The notes under the pieces: generated by a model
What the model was told of the DNA's origin: nothing
The model's input: only the letters and a program-made list of their open reading frames with translations
The model's database searches: none
Part shown: positions 11,101 through 20,557 of the stretch, in pieces
Position numbering within the stretch: the first letter of the stretch is position 1
Layout: every line of letters begins with the position of its first letter
Program-made: the position numbers and the translations under genes
NCBI GenBank assembly: GCA_019058315.1
Contig: JAHPZH010000004.1
Coordinates: 1-64,000, forward strand
Reading direction: 5' to 3'
Origin: Candidatus Helarchaeota archaeon
Lineage (GTDB): Archaea > Asgardarchaeota > Lokiarchaeia > Helarchaeales > RDOG01
DNA length: 64,000 bases

Positions 11101-12612
11101 TTTATATATATTCTCTTCAAAATCAATAAATTCCTCTAATTTCTCTTCAAAATTTTGTAAATCCGCTAAATTAGGATATTTATTACAAATGATATTGAGA
11201 TACTGCGGATTACCCCCTGTCTTTTCAAGTATTTGGGAAATTTGAATTATACCCATTTTTCTGGAGTATTTTTTAAATAAAAACTCTTCAACCTGCTCAT
11301 AATAAAATGGCTCAACTTCAAATTTAGATATCAAATCTGTATAAGAATCCAAATCTCTGAACCAAGATATATCATTGAAATGTTGTCCAGATAGCAGGAT
11401 AATAACATTATCGGGGAGTTGTCTAGGAGTTGGTAATTTTTCTAAAAACGGTTGCGTAGCTCTCTGCATTCTTAAGACATGATCTATTCCGTCAATAATG
11501 ACTAAAACCTTAGTATTTCTTTCACTGGTAAGGTTACTTAAAGAATTAATTAATTCATTAAACTTTTCTTCCTCACTCAAATTAAAAGATGATTCTCCTA
11601 AAAAATTTGAAAATTGAATGTTCATTTCTTTAAAAAAAATGTCTGATTCTCCTCGAACCTTCAATGTATAATGTCGATCATCCCTAAAACATAGATATCT
11701 AAAAATAATATATTTGGGAAATGCAGTTTCATTAATTTCTGCTTGAAGAAATGTTGATTTCCCTAATCCGGCACCCCCTTCTAAAAAAAGGTACCCTTTA
11801 TTTAATTTATCAATCGAGCTTCTAATATTATTTGATAATTCTCCCCTTTTTATGTATTCATTCTCATTATAAGGAAAATCATGTAACAAAGGATCATAAT
11901 AATATCCTATATCTTGAAGAAATTGTTCAATTGTAACAGAATTTTTAATTGAATTCTTTTTATTTAAAAACCAATTATAATATTTCCTTTTTTTCGTTTT
12001 TTCATAAACAGATCGTTCTTTATAGAATTTAACATTAAATTCAAAATTTAATTTCTTTAAAAAATCAAATAGTATTTGTTCTTCACAATTAAGATGGTCC
12101 TTAAATAGTTTAAACCATTCGTTTAATATTCCTGGTTGTAAAAAATTATCTTCACTTATTTCATTATTTTTAAAGGATTGCCAATATTGCTTTATAAATT
12201 TTTGTAGTGATATTTTTTCGTTTTGGTATATTGGCATATATTTTGTGGATCTGGCAGATTGACTAGGACTTTTACTCGTCACATAATAAATTTTAAATTT
12301 ATAATTTGGAAATTCTTTCTTTATTTGCTTAAACGTAATAAATAATTTTTCTACTACAGATTTTTTACTATTATTTCCAAAAAGATCGGATAAATTACAA
12401 GTAAAATCTTCTTCAGCACCTTTTGCTTGAATACAAACTAATAATCTTCCTTTAAGTAAAAATCCTATATCATCAGCACTACCAAGTTTCTCATTATTTA
12501 ATAAAATTTCAATAATTGAATTTTCATTAAGATAAGATTCAAGATAATCGCTAAATACAGTTGCTTCAAATCGCCTTCCAATATTTACACTTCTATCACC
12601 TCTAGCACTCAA
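8197..12612 (-). CDS. STAND/NACHT-like NTPase with N-terminal PD-(D/E)xK nuclease-like domain (Avs-like defence protein)
   Basis: ADDIGF..CIQAK; Walker A GGAGLGKST; Walker B VIIDGIDH; GGNPQY; long helical C-terminal region. Confidence 0.75.
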   Translation of the reverse strand: MSARGDRSVNIGRRFEATVFSDYLESYLNENSIIEILLNNEKLGSADDIGFLLKGRLLVCIQAKGAEEDFTCNLSDLFGNNSKKSVVEKLFITFKQIKKEFPNYKFKIYYVTSKSPSQSARSTKYMPIYQNEKISLQKFIKQYWQSFKNNEISEDNFLQPGILNEWFKLFKDHLNCEEQILFDFLKKLNFEFNVKFYKERSVYEKTKKRKYYNWFLNKKNSIKNSVTIEQFLQDIGYYYDPLLHDFPYNENEYIKRGELSNNIRSSIDKLNKGYLFLEGGAGLGKSTFLQAEINETAFPKYIIFRYLCFRDDRHYTLKVRGESDIFFKEMNIQFSNFLGESSFNLSEEEKFNELINSLSNLTSERNTKVLVIIDGIDHVLRMQRATQPFLEKLPTPRQLPDNVIILLSGQHFNDISWFRDLDSYTDLISKFEVEPFYYEQVEEFLFKKYSRKMGIIQISQILEKTGGNPQYLNIICNKYPNLADLQNFEEKLEEFIDFEENIYKLYDAYWQKFNFNSNEEYLKIAGLISRLIGPIDVNWLIIWPEIKKIERFFNNFDFLFLKIENLYLFKYNTFKDFLFEKSAKYLQIFSENKSKEYYSILNDYCDNYNSSGVHNWYKLYYLLYSDNKDDILKLDRSYFLNQFIQFRPVCDILEDLTEILNFLHEIKDFKKFFEFFFLKGEFEIRNNIYEENFGYLSELLNFFINDFGTCFYVLITTLHSQNLDYNLKLDLIIQLLNINNITGLVPFLKDFYNQNKATIPNHFFHQDLLKYIDDWTYIAIKFESITSILNSFDLILSELFNHKIRGPYYLNSDFFGAIYVLGEYLIENNRFTDLAHVYRYLEKIIEKGGWKVYSFRHFRYKNKDTNNFASHWPQYDRMTPFGVILQLKIYESYAKEEDLITDFLDQFPFYHVLWDNDFTNTRRKYNLFFHPDKISDNDVRLLFKDGPRMRFSLYGDPKSKILSRINLYKNLLDIWPIQDDKKLLDIFNSNYQINNLDHLLMEKEHYYFRWELNIRDFAILSMGEIDEEQMKNVISNILNLMDCEPSINLHWYYYFKDFMAIFIDQIGLLSESIKDFFLETLKQKFYIGKGKFQSFLTQLQICIRLKQIFKNDVLDDLIKEILQKNLSAILNITEPWENNDTFLVSLKASQSIRITHQLYVDQNIPKFEDFYKKISFRIGPRKDYQLFFLKHLLKNIIKFFDEQDEQFIREIHWIVEILNFVSDNTEKNSINFLKECFLHIIEDWNHDLFLEIKKKLTYFSEIYNSDIEPVKKTEIIIDESIVKKLYKKLMPPEEFIIEVKKISEQRNAKISLRALLYKVYSIDKDVQKWINLFNYLTKDRPYLGGFLKYPLNYVLTNFFKKIFKENEELEEKYNIQERLALAKLYAPTDREAHYQKINEVYEINPDLAFNWGWETLKNIINMKKYVWYVIVAGEEWIIYTFLPIINDTNYKVYWGIYMNYLRNLFDFITLE

Positions 12613-12900
12613 ATATTTCCACCCATTATTAGATTATTTTTTGTTGTATATTATTCCATCAGACCTTATCTATGTCAGGAATTATCTTTTAATTTTGATC
12701 ATTATAATATTTAACACAAAATATCTATTTATTTCTATTTTTGTAAAAAATCAGCCCCTATCCAAGTTATTTTTAATCTTTTCCTTCTTTTTTCTCTCTT
12801 CTCATTTTAATCCATTACTTTTCTAGCGCATGTACTATATGATGCTTGGAGAGTTCAGATTAAAATAATACATTCTTTACATTTAGATTTTTAGAGTCTA

Positions 12901-14097
12901 CTAAGATTGAACACTCAATGCTTCATCAATTTTTTTCATTAAGAGACTCGCTAAAAAGATAAAATGAATTGCCTTTTCTTTAGTAACTTTAAAAATATCA
13001 TGAGCTTTTGGATTTCTGATTCCTTGTATCGAACCTGCAAATATATGCATATATCCTTCTTGTATATCTTTGCTTGTTTGGTCATTTAAATTACCAAGAA
13101 ATATAATTGGATTATCCTTATTAAATACTCTAAACATCAAATCTTTACCATTTTTTTCTTCCCCAGTCTTATCTCTATAAATTTCTTTTACTCGTATATT
13201 AATTTGTAAAAATGCTTCAAATACCGCTTGTTTAAAATGTCCATCCATAAATAGATCTCTGGCAACTTTAACAATTTCTTTATGAATAATATCCCAAAAA
13301 CTTACATCGTATTTCTTTCTTTTGTTTCTTTTAATTTCCTCGTATTTGATATGATATTCTTCTGATAACAAATATTTATTCAGACTAAATAGGATTAAAT
13401 TATTAAGAATTTCAAAACAACCTAATTTGTTAACTGGGTTCTCATCCAGTATTAATTCTTGTAATTCGGTTAAATTTTCCAGACCTTTTATCTCCTGAAT
13501 TTCATTTTCTTCAAGATATAATTCTACTAATTTAGCGAGATTGTCTAATCCTTCCAAATTTCTGATGTTATTAGAATCCAAGTGTAATTTTATTAATGAA
13601 GAAAGGCTATTTAGGCCTTCAATTTTCATAATATGGTTGTTTTTAAGGAATAGCATTTCTAATTGAGAAAGTCTTTCTAATCCCTCAATTTTTCTGATCT
13701 GATTGTGAGAAACATCTAATATTTTCAACTTGAAAAGATTTTCTAATCCTTCAATCTTACTTATTTGATTTTCAGAAAGTGATAAGTCCTCTAATTGAAT
13801 TAAATTTTGCAATCCTTTAATCTTAGAAATAGAGTTATCCCTTAAATTCAAATATTGTAATTTTTGAAGGGTCTCAAGATTTTCTATTTTATTAATTTGA
13901 TTATTACTAAGATCTAACCATTTTAAATTTAAGAATTGCCTAATACATGAGGGTATTTCTTTCAAACTCTTACTATTAAATTTAAGCTTTATTAAGTTTC
14001 CTTGTTCGTTGAAAATGAAATCTTTTTTGTTAAATTTGAAGAGTCTCTTTAAATCATCAATTAAAGATTTTTCATGTAAATTATCAATTTCTTCCAT
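12901..14097 (-). CDS. SDS22-like leucine-rich repeat protein fused to C-terminal TIGR02391-like domain
   Basis: About 7-8 LxxLxLxxNxIxxIEGL repeats; C-terminal G.FKQAVFEA..GKDLM..QEGY..F.G....RNPKAH. Confidence 0.8.
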   Translation of the reverse strand: MEEIDNLHEKSLIDDLKRLFKFNKKDFIFNEQGNLIKLKFNSKSLKEIPSCIRQFLNLKWLDLSNNQINKIENLETLQKLQYLNLRDNSISKIKGLQNLIQLEDLSLSENQISKIEGLENLFKLKILDVSHNQIRKIEGLERLSQLEMLFLKNNHIMKIEGLNSLSSLIKLHLDSNNIRNLEGLDNLAKLVELYLEENEIQEIKGLENLTELQELILDENPVNKLGCFEILNNLILFSLNKYLLSEEYHIKYEEIKRNKRKKYDVSFWDIIHKEIVKVARDLFMDGHFKQAVFEAFLQINIRVKEIYRDKTGEEKNGKDLMFRVFNKDNPIIFLGNLNDQTSKDIQEGYMHIFAGSIQGIRNPKAHDIFKVTKEKAIHFIFLASLLMKKIDEALSVQS

Positions 14098-14171
14098 TTT
14101 AATTCCTTTTTACCCATTTTATTATTTCTTTTTAATAAAAAAAGATTTTGCAGTTTATTTCTTTTCTTAAG

Positions 14172-17100
14172 CTATTTATCATCTAAATCATTCATAGTTT
14201 TTAATCCTTCACGTTTTAATAAAGTAAAAGCAATAAACGGCAAAGGCATTTTTTTTATGTATGTTGAAGGTATCTCTTCTACTGTTAAGAAACATGAATT
14301 AATCGTCAATAATTTTGGGTTCAAATCATATAAAGAGGTTAGTAGTGCAATGTTATTTCTTAGCCATTTGTCTCTATCAAGATGTTTTTTAATCCATGAG
14401 GCATTTTCTGGTTTTTTTCCAAAAAATTCATCTAGTTCATTGGCAATTTCTCTAGGATTCCTTCCAAAACTTATATTCTTACATTCAATTGAAAATAATC
14501 TGTTATTTTCTTTATCAATAACTAATACATCAATATCGCCTAGGTCAATATCCGAATTTAAAGGTTTACCAGGTTTAATAGGAACTTGCAGTTCGATATG
14601 CCAATCAGAATTCTTATCAAACCATTCCTTGACTTCATTAACAAATTTTTTACCTATTTTTTCTAAAATTTTTCCTTTAAATTCCTTCATTTCTTGTGAA
14701 CTGGGATTTTTATATCGACCTGTGCTAATAAGATTGAATAAATATTGACTTGATTTGAATAAATGACGTGGTCCCCAAAAGACTAATGGATCTTGTATTG
14801 GTTCTGGAGCTATTATTAAAGGTTTACGCATATAGGATAAACGACGATTATAACGCCAAGGCCATATATCCTCACGAGGATTAAATCCTTCAGGTGCTAA
14901 CTCCCATTTTTCTCTAGGACCAAGTGAAAATAAATTTATAATGTTCTCAATTTCGGTATTGGACCAGTTTAAAATACTTCCTAATTTATTTTTTAATTCA
15001 GAGAGTCGCAGATTTGGAGCATAAGTATCTTGTCCGAATCCTAAATCTATCAAGTGTGCGAGAAAGCTTGAAATTTGAGTAAATGTGAACCCAAATTCGG
15101 CATTATAGACCCGTTCGTATTCATTTCTGTTAAAATCACTTGAATCATAATTTGATTCATAATGTGATTCGAAACCATTTATCGCATCTTCAATATTCTC
15201 AAGAATTTTAGATCCTAAAAAATTCGTTGTAAATTGCTCGATAATTTCTTTTTTCACTCCTATCCTACCAGAAGGTAAAATACTAATTTCATGATCAAAT
15301 ATTTCAAGATGAGTTTGATCGCTGAGAGTTGCCCAATTTATTAAGTGGTAAGTCATAGCTAATAATTTGTCTAAATCATCATTGCTTACTAAAACTTCTC
15401 CTTTAGAGGGTTCTGCTGTTATTATTTCAATCAATACTCTTGTACTCAAAGCAGTGTTTTCATATCTTGGGAATTTTGTTAATTCTTTTTCTAAGAATGA
15501 TTTATTATCCCAATAACATGCAATTGAAGTTGGAGTTGTAAGTCTTTTAAATGCACGATGATACCAAACAGCTTCATTTTCACCAATTAATCGTTCTAAA
15601 AGATTTTTCCAATTAAACTTTGAAATCATCGCTTTTAAACGCTCTAAATATATATCTACGATTTTTCCACAAATTTTTGTATGGTCTTCCTTTTTTATAA
15701 TTTTTATATTTTGGGGAATATCAATTCCTAGTTCATTAACTAAATTATCAAGTTGCTCTTCAAGGTCATGTTCTGGAATTAAACGTAACATAGGGAGATT
15801 CTTTGGATAAAGTGATAAATTATTTTTCATAGTTAATAGAAATAATTTTTTTTTCTTACCAAGTGGGGCAATTTTATTTAAAATACGGTCAATTTCAACG
15901 TTATTCAGATCATTATCTAGATTTAATTCATTTAAAAATTCTCTAAAAGCTCGCATTAGTTCTTTAATTATTAATCTTTCTCCCCTATTATCTTCTTTTA
16001 ATAGTTCAAATTGTATATTTTTTGGTAGAGTAAAAATAATTGTTCTATTATCAAATTTATATTTAAAATTAATATTTAGATTTTCAGCACCTTCTAATCT
16101 TGTTAAATCGCTCCAACTTATAAAATCCTCAAGGTTATATTTTATATGTGTAGGATTTGGACCCAATATCTCTAAATGTTTTCTAAGTTCAGGTGTTAAT
16201 TGCCAAATCCAATAACTGAACATATCTGTAATTTCTAGAAATATTTTTTTATGTCTTAAAAGTATATCAATATCAGTAAATTCAGGACTAATCCATATTG
16301 GTTGTGCATATCCTTCTACAAGATGTTCCCAAAAATTCGCCATGGCTTTTTCTAATTTATAAATAGGAATCGATTCATCTAGAAAACGTCGAAAAACAGA
16401 AATATAACTTGGAGGATTTCCATAACGAACTGCATGAACATCCCAATCCCTTTTTGTCTTTATACGTAAACTTCGTCCACTCCCTGAACTAATATAAATT
16501 ATATTAGAGGGTCTATTATCATCAAAGTAAAAAGATTGTCTATGATCAAGATAAAAAGCGAAACCATCAATAAAAGAGAAACGCAATAGAGTCTGGGATT
16601 CTAATAATTTTTGAGTCGCACCTGCATATTTCCATAGAGTTAAATTATCAAGATCGTTTCTAATAATAAGATCTAAATCATCTGGTGAGATTATCAAGGT
16701 TCTAGATTTGTCAATTATTTTTTTAGATCCAAATAGTATGGTACGCCCAATACTCCCTAATATAATAATTAAAAAGACTTTTGCACAAGGAGATCGACAT
16801 GGAGTCATAATATCTCCTTTAGTTAACCATTTAACAATATCCTCGCGTCTTTTTTCTAAATTTGGAATAATATTATCCCAATCGCAAATGCCATCTATTT
16901 CTTGCTCATTATAATCTTTTGCATTATCTACAATTAATTGAATATAAGCAATCTTATCAGTATCAATCTGAAATGTTCCTTCTTTTATTGGTAATTCATT
17001 ATTCCAATTAGGCAAATCTAATTCAATCGGTTGTAGACCCATTAAAAATAGACGTTCATTAACGTATTGCCATAAAGATTCTCGGTATTTTTTAATTAAT

Positions 17101-17936
17101 ACCTCTCTTGCATTATATTCTTCAGCTTTAATTAAAATATAATGGCGTAATGCAGTTGTGACTGATCCTGGCAATACTAAAATTATCTTATCATCAATCT
17201 CTACAAAGGGTTTTAAAATTAATGGATTTTTATCAATCTCTTGCGCTTTAAGATCAGGATCACCAATTGTAGTAATAAATTGATTAAGAATCGTGTAATC
17301 TAATCCGAGATCTTCTAATAAGGAATTTATCTCATCTTTAGTGAAAATAACTGAGTTACATATTTTGTTTATTTTATCTTCTCTTGGTATTAGAATATTT
17401 TCTCCTGAACGATCTGGGCTAACCATATTACGATGATGTCCTAAGCGAGAAGCAACCTCATTACTCAATGTTAATAGAGCTAGAGAATACTTTAAAACAA
17501 TTTCGATATAATTTCTATATAAACCACCTCTCGATTGAAAGATACTATGAAAAAGAGCTTGGAGAATATATGTGTCACTTGTATTATTACCTGAATAAAT
17601 AATATAGTTTCCCCCAACAAAAATTATATTTTCTGTAAAAAGATTTTCTAATGGATCTTCCATCATTCCAAAATATCCATTTGCTGGAAGAAACAAATTT
17701 AATAGTTTTTGTAAATGTTCAAAATCTAATTTTTTATTTCCTCCATCCTTAATTAAACAAGCAATTCTTGTTGCTGTTTCTAAACGAATAGTCTGAGCTT
17801 GATTTTCAGGACAAACTTGTAATCCACTAAGAATAGCAATTAAGTCAAGTTGGTCAAATTTTTCAAATTCTAATTTTAATTGTTCTAACGAATTTGTCAT
17901 AAAATACACCCCTAATTTAAAGATATTGTTAATCAA
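14172..17936 (-). CDS. Large hypothetical protein with C-terminal PD-(D/E)xK nuclease domain
   Basis: GDIDVLVID..SIECKN..KH..R..WL near the C-terminus; probable start at MTNS (17900). Confidence 0.65.
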   Translation of the reverse strand: MINNIFKLGVYFMTNSLEQLKLEFEKFDQLDLIAILSGLQVCPENQAQTIRLETATRIACLIKDGGNKKLDFEHLQKLLNLFLPANGYFGMMEDPLENLFTENIIFVGGNYIIYSGNNTSDTYILQALFHSIFQSRGGLYRNYIEIVLKYSLALLTLSNEVASRLGHHRNMVSPDRSGENILIPREDKINKICNSVIFTKDEINSLLEDLGLDYTILNQFITTIGDPDLKAQEIDKNPLILKPFVEIDDKIILVLPGSVTTALRHYILIKAEEYNAREVLIKKYRESLWQYVNERLFLMGLQPIELDLPNWNNELPIKEGTFQIDTDKIAYIQLIVDNAKDYNEQEIDGICDWDNIIPNLEKRREDIVKWLTKGDIMTPCRSPCAKVFLIIILGSIGRTILFGSKKIIDKSRTLIISPDDLDLIIRNDLDNLTLWKYAGATQKLLESQTLLRFSFIDGFAFYLDHRQSFYFDDNRPSNIIYISSGSGRSLRIKTKRDWDVHAVRYGNPPSYISVFRRFLDESIPIYKLEKAMANFWEHLVEGYAQPIWISPEFTDIDILLRHKKIFLEITDMFSYWIWQLTPELRKHLEILGPNPTHIKYNLEDFISWSDLTRLEGAENLNINFKYKFDNRTIIFTLPKNIQFELLKEDNRGERLIIKELMRAFREFLNELNLDNDLNNVEIDRILNKIAPLGKKKKLFLLTMKNNLSLYPKNLPMLRLIPEHDLEEQLDNLVNELGIDIPQNIKIIKKEDHTKICGKIVDIYLERLKAMISKFNWKNLLERLIGENEAVWYHRAFKRLTTPTSIACYWDNKSFLEKELTKFPRYENTALSTRVLIEIITAEPSKGEVLVSNDDLDKLLAMTYHLINWATLSDQTHLEIFDHEISILPSGRIGVKKEIIEQFTTNFLGSKILENIEDAINGFESHYESNYDSSDFNRNEYERVYNAEFGFTFTQISSFLAHLIDLGFGQDTYAPNLRLSELKNKLGSILNWSNTEIENIINLFSLGPREKWELAPEGFNPREDIWPWRYNRRLSYMRKPLIIAPEPIQDPLVFWGPRHLFKSSQYLFNLISTGRYKNPSSQEMKEFKGKILEKIGKKFVNEVKEWFDKNSDWHIELQVPIKPGKPLNSDIDLGDIDVLVIDKENNRLFSIECKNISFGRNPREIANELDEFFGKKPENASWIKKHLDRDKWLRNNIALLTSLYDLNPKLLTINSCFLTVEEIPSTYIKKMPLPFIAFTLLKREGLKTMNDLDDK

Positions 17937-18142
17937 TAAGAAATAATTACATTAGGTATTTTTGTCGGAGTCGATAAAACAAATTATTTTTTTAAGATTG
18001 GGAATTCATTTTGTTAAAAAAATCATTATTTAAAAATCTTTGTTAATTATATAATATATAAAGAGAAAGATAAAGCTATTTCATTAACATACCCGCTCTT
18101 TTTATTATTATTTAATTTCTTTTCTCGAGTACAATTTCCAAT

Positions 18143-18448
18143 ATGTATTTAATGTTGTTTATAAAAATTAAATTGTGGGTGGGAACACCTAATTGCACGT
18201 TCTGTGGAGTAGATCCAAAATATATACATCAACAACGGAATAGCAGATTTTTTTTGTGTCATAATTGCTTAAAAAAATTGTACTACGGAGGTATTATAGC
18301 TAAAAATATTTTATTAAGGAAAGGTCAATGTCATCCTCGTTGTAGTTGTGGAAGACCAATTGACCGATATATAATTGATTTTAATTTAATCTTATGGTTT
18401 TGCAATAAATGTTTTATTAGGTGGCAAAATAAAATTTATCATATTTAA
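18143..18448 (+). CDS. Small Cys-rich zinc-finger protein
   Basis: CTFC, CHNC, CSC, CNKC; start uncertain. Confidence 0.5.
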   Translation: MYLMLFIKIKLWVGTPNCTFCGVDPKYIHQQRNSRFFLCHNCLKKLYYGGIIAKNILLRKGQCHPRCSCGRPIDRYIIDFNLILWFCNKCFIRWQNKIYHI

Positions 18449-18622
18449 AATCTTTTATTTTAGGTTTGGGATAAAATGTATCCAACTGTCTAAAATAGTT
18501 CGTATCGTGTCTCCTTCGCTCTTAGTTTTCCTTATAGTTTTATGAGTCTAGATGAAGTATTATTCAAATGAAAAACAAAAATTATAAAAAAAAGCTATAA
18601 AAAGAATTATAAGAGATGTAAA

Positions 18623-19231
18623 ATGACAATTGACGATAATTTATTCAATATTAAATTAACATTAGAAAATTTAAGAGAAAAATACAATAATTTGATAATA
18701 ATTTATGAAAAATTTGAACACCTTGATCCTTCTAATTGGGTCGAGAAAGCCAGACCAAAAGTCAGAAAAATGATAGATGACATTTCAATAAAAATTCAAG
18801 ATTATTTAACATGTTGTTATTCACTTTATCAATATACAAAATCTTTTCGAGACCATTTAAAAAAAGTATTAGAAAAGGAAGAATATGAAAAGTTCACAAA
18901 TGAATATGATAATGAAAAAAATAAAATTATAAGCATGGAGTGGCACGATTTTTTTGACGAGTTCATTACTTGCGCTAGACATAGGACATTACCTTGTCGG
19001 GAAGCAAGGATTAATATTTCAATTAATCTTAGTGATCCAGAAATTTTGGAATTCAATCAAGAAATATTTTTTACCGAGAAAGTATTGTTACAATCTTTTA
19101 AATGGAAAGCTAAAGCGAAAAATTATATTAAAAATAAAAAAGAAATTAATATAAAACCCATAATTACTCAATATCAGCAAAAAATAGAAAAATTTTATGA
19201 GTGGTTCCTTCCTAATATTCCTCAAATGTGA
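18623..19231 (+). CDS. Hypothetical helical protein, possible degenerate HEPN
   Basis: FFDEFITCARHRTLP at a position typical of F..LRN...H..LP. Confidence 0.45.
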   Translation: MTIDDNLFNIKLTLENLREKYNNLIIIYEKFEHLDPSNWVEKARPKVRKMIDDISIKIQDYLTCCYSLYQYTKSFRDHLKKVLEKEEYEKFTNEYDNEKNKIISMEWHDFFDEFITCARHRTLPCREARINISINLSDPEILEFNQEIFFTEKVLLQSFKWKAKAKNYIKNKKEINIKPIITQYQQKIEKFYEWFLPNIPQM

Positions 19232-19252
19232 TAAATTGCACCTTTAAAAAAT

Positions 19253-19942
19253 TCATCTTTTAGAAAGGAGCCAATTCCTCAAGACCTTAAAGTCTGCTTG
19301 AGCTCCAAAAATTAAAATCTCGAATTCTCTATGTTCAAACGATTCATGATTAGATCCTGGAATCATTAAAATACCAAATTTAGTATTAAACGCAATGCAA
19401 TAGGTCAATAATTGATTAATTGCAGTAGCAATTCTATCGTCCTTGATTGTATTTTTTATTTCTATGACAATTTGAAAATCATTTTTTTTCATTACTAAAT
19501 CAGCTATATATGTCAACGTTTTTTTTGTCCCTATCTTTACTTTAGGTTGTTTTTTTACTTCATATCCCAGATCTTGACCAATTACTTCCAATTTTTGGAT
19601 TATCTCATTTTCAAATTTTCGAAATTCAGTCTTCCAATCCTTTTTTTCATAATTTAATATTGCAGGTATAATTACTGAATCAAACCAGGCTTTTTCCTTT
19701 ACTATTGCATTATCACTTACTCTGGAATGAAAAATAGAATTTCTTAAAAAATTTAATTTTTTAATATCATATTCAGATAAGTTAAGTCTCTGTATATAGT
19801 TAAAAAAGTGTTTGAGATCTTCATCCCTCGAAATTAAACGTATTTTTTCTTCGATTAAGGAAATTAATTGTATAAAATTTCTTGGATTAGTAACTTTACC
19901 TCTTAATTTTTTAATCTCTTTATCAATTTCTTCAATTTTCAT
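19253..19942 (-). CDS. HEPN-like domain plus PD-(D/E)xK nuclease domain
   Basis: LRNSIFH (Rx4H); ADLVMKK..IVIEIK..AINQL..Y. Confidence 0.65.
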   Translation of the reverse strand: MKIEEIDKEIKKLRGKVTNPRNFIQLISLIEEKIRLISRDEDLKHFFNYIQRLNLSEYDIKKLNFLRNSIFHSRVSDNAIVKEKAWFDSVIIPAILNYEKKDWKTEFRKFENEIIQKLEVIGQDLGYEVKKQPKVKIGTKKTLTYIADLVMKKNDFQIVIEIKNTIKDDRIATAINQLLTYCIAFNTKFGILMIPGSNHESFEHREFEILIFGAQADFKVLRNWLLSKR

Positions 19943-20472
19943 GAGTACACCTCTTTAATGCCTGATCGCGATGCTGGTTTATTTTTTGATTGCTTAGATG
20001 GATTCAAGACCACATTTACCTCTTGTGGGTTGTATCCTACTAAATTTAATATTCGAGATATTATGGAAAGTGAATCTAGTAATAATTCATTTAATTCTCT
20101 TTTATCAGAAACATCAAAAATTGCAGTATGTTGGTAATTGTTCCTTTTTTGATTGAGTATTCTTAGCACTGTTTCCTCATCATAAGTGAGATCTTTTTTA
20201 TTTCTATTTATTGCATCGTCAAATCCTATGCTAAAACTACCCTTTTCAAAAATATTTCTTTCATTTTTTAAACATAATGCTTTTAAAGCTAATTCAGCAG
20301 CTTGATGTACAACAATAATTCCTATAATTCGGTTAATTTCTCTACCAAGATTAAAAATTGTATGCGATTCAGCAGCCAATAATTCGGCTTTTTCAGCAAA
20401 ACGATTAATAGTGCTTTCATGGTAGGCAAGAACTGATTTTTTCATCCCAAAAAATCCCTTAATTTTTTTCAA
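19939..20472 (-). CDS. HEPN domain protein
   Basis: HQAAELALKA and RNNYQH; ATGA overlap with downstream gene. Confidence 0.7.
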   Translation of the reverse strand: MKKIKGFFGMKKSVLAYHESTINRFAEKAELLAAESHTIFNLGREINRIIGIIVVHQAAELALKALCLKNERNIFEKGSFSIGFDDAINRNKKDLTYDEETVLRILNQKRNNYQHTAIFDVSDKRELNELLLDSLSIISRILNLVGYNPQEVNVVLNPSKQSKNKPASRSGIKEVYS

Positions 20473-20523
20473 AGATAATTGAAATTAATATTATTTTAAT
20501 CTAATATATTATACTCTTTTTTA

Positions 20524-20550
20524 TGACAAATCAATTAAAAAAATTTGTCA
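20524..20550. promoter_or_regulatory. Palindrome TGACAAAT-N11-ATTTGTCA upstream of the HEPN pair
   Basis: 8-bp perfect arms about 50-80 bp upstream of the 20472 start. Confidence 0.3.
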
Positions 20551-20557
20551 ATAGTTA

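Noticed and set aside
12641-12826. 61-aa hydrophobic ORF
   Set aside because: Low-complexity AT-rich intergenic sequence with no RBS, opposite to the flanking gene run
14257-14748. 163-aa plus-strand ORF (likewise 37635-38132 and other short nested ORFs)
   Set aside because: Fully antisense or nested within well-supported genes, with no motifs
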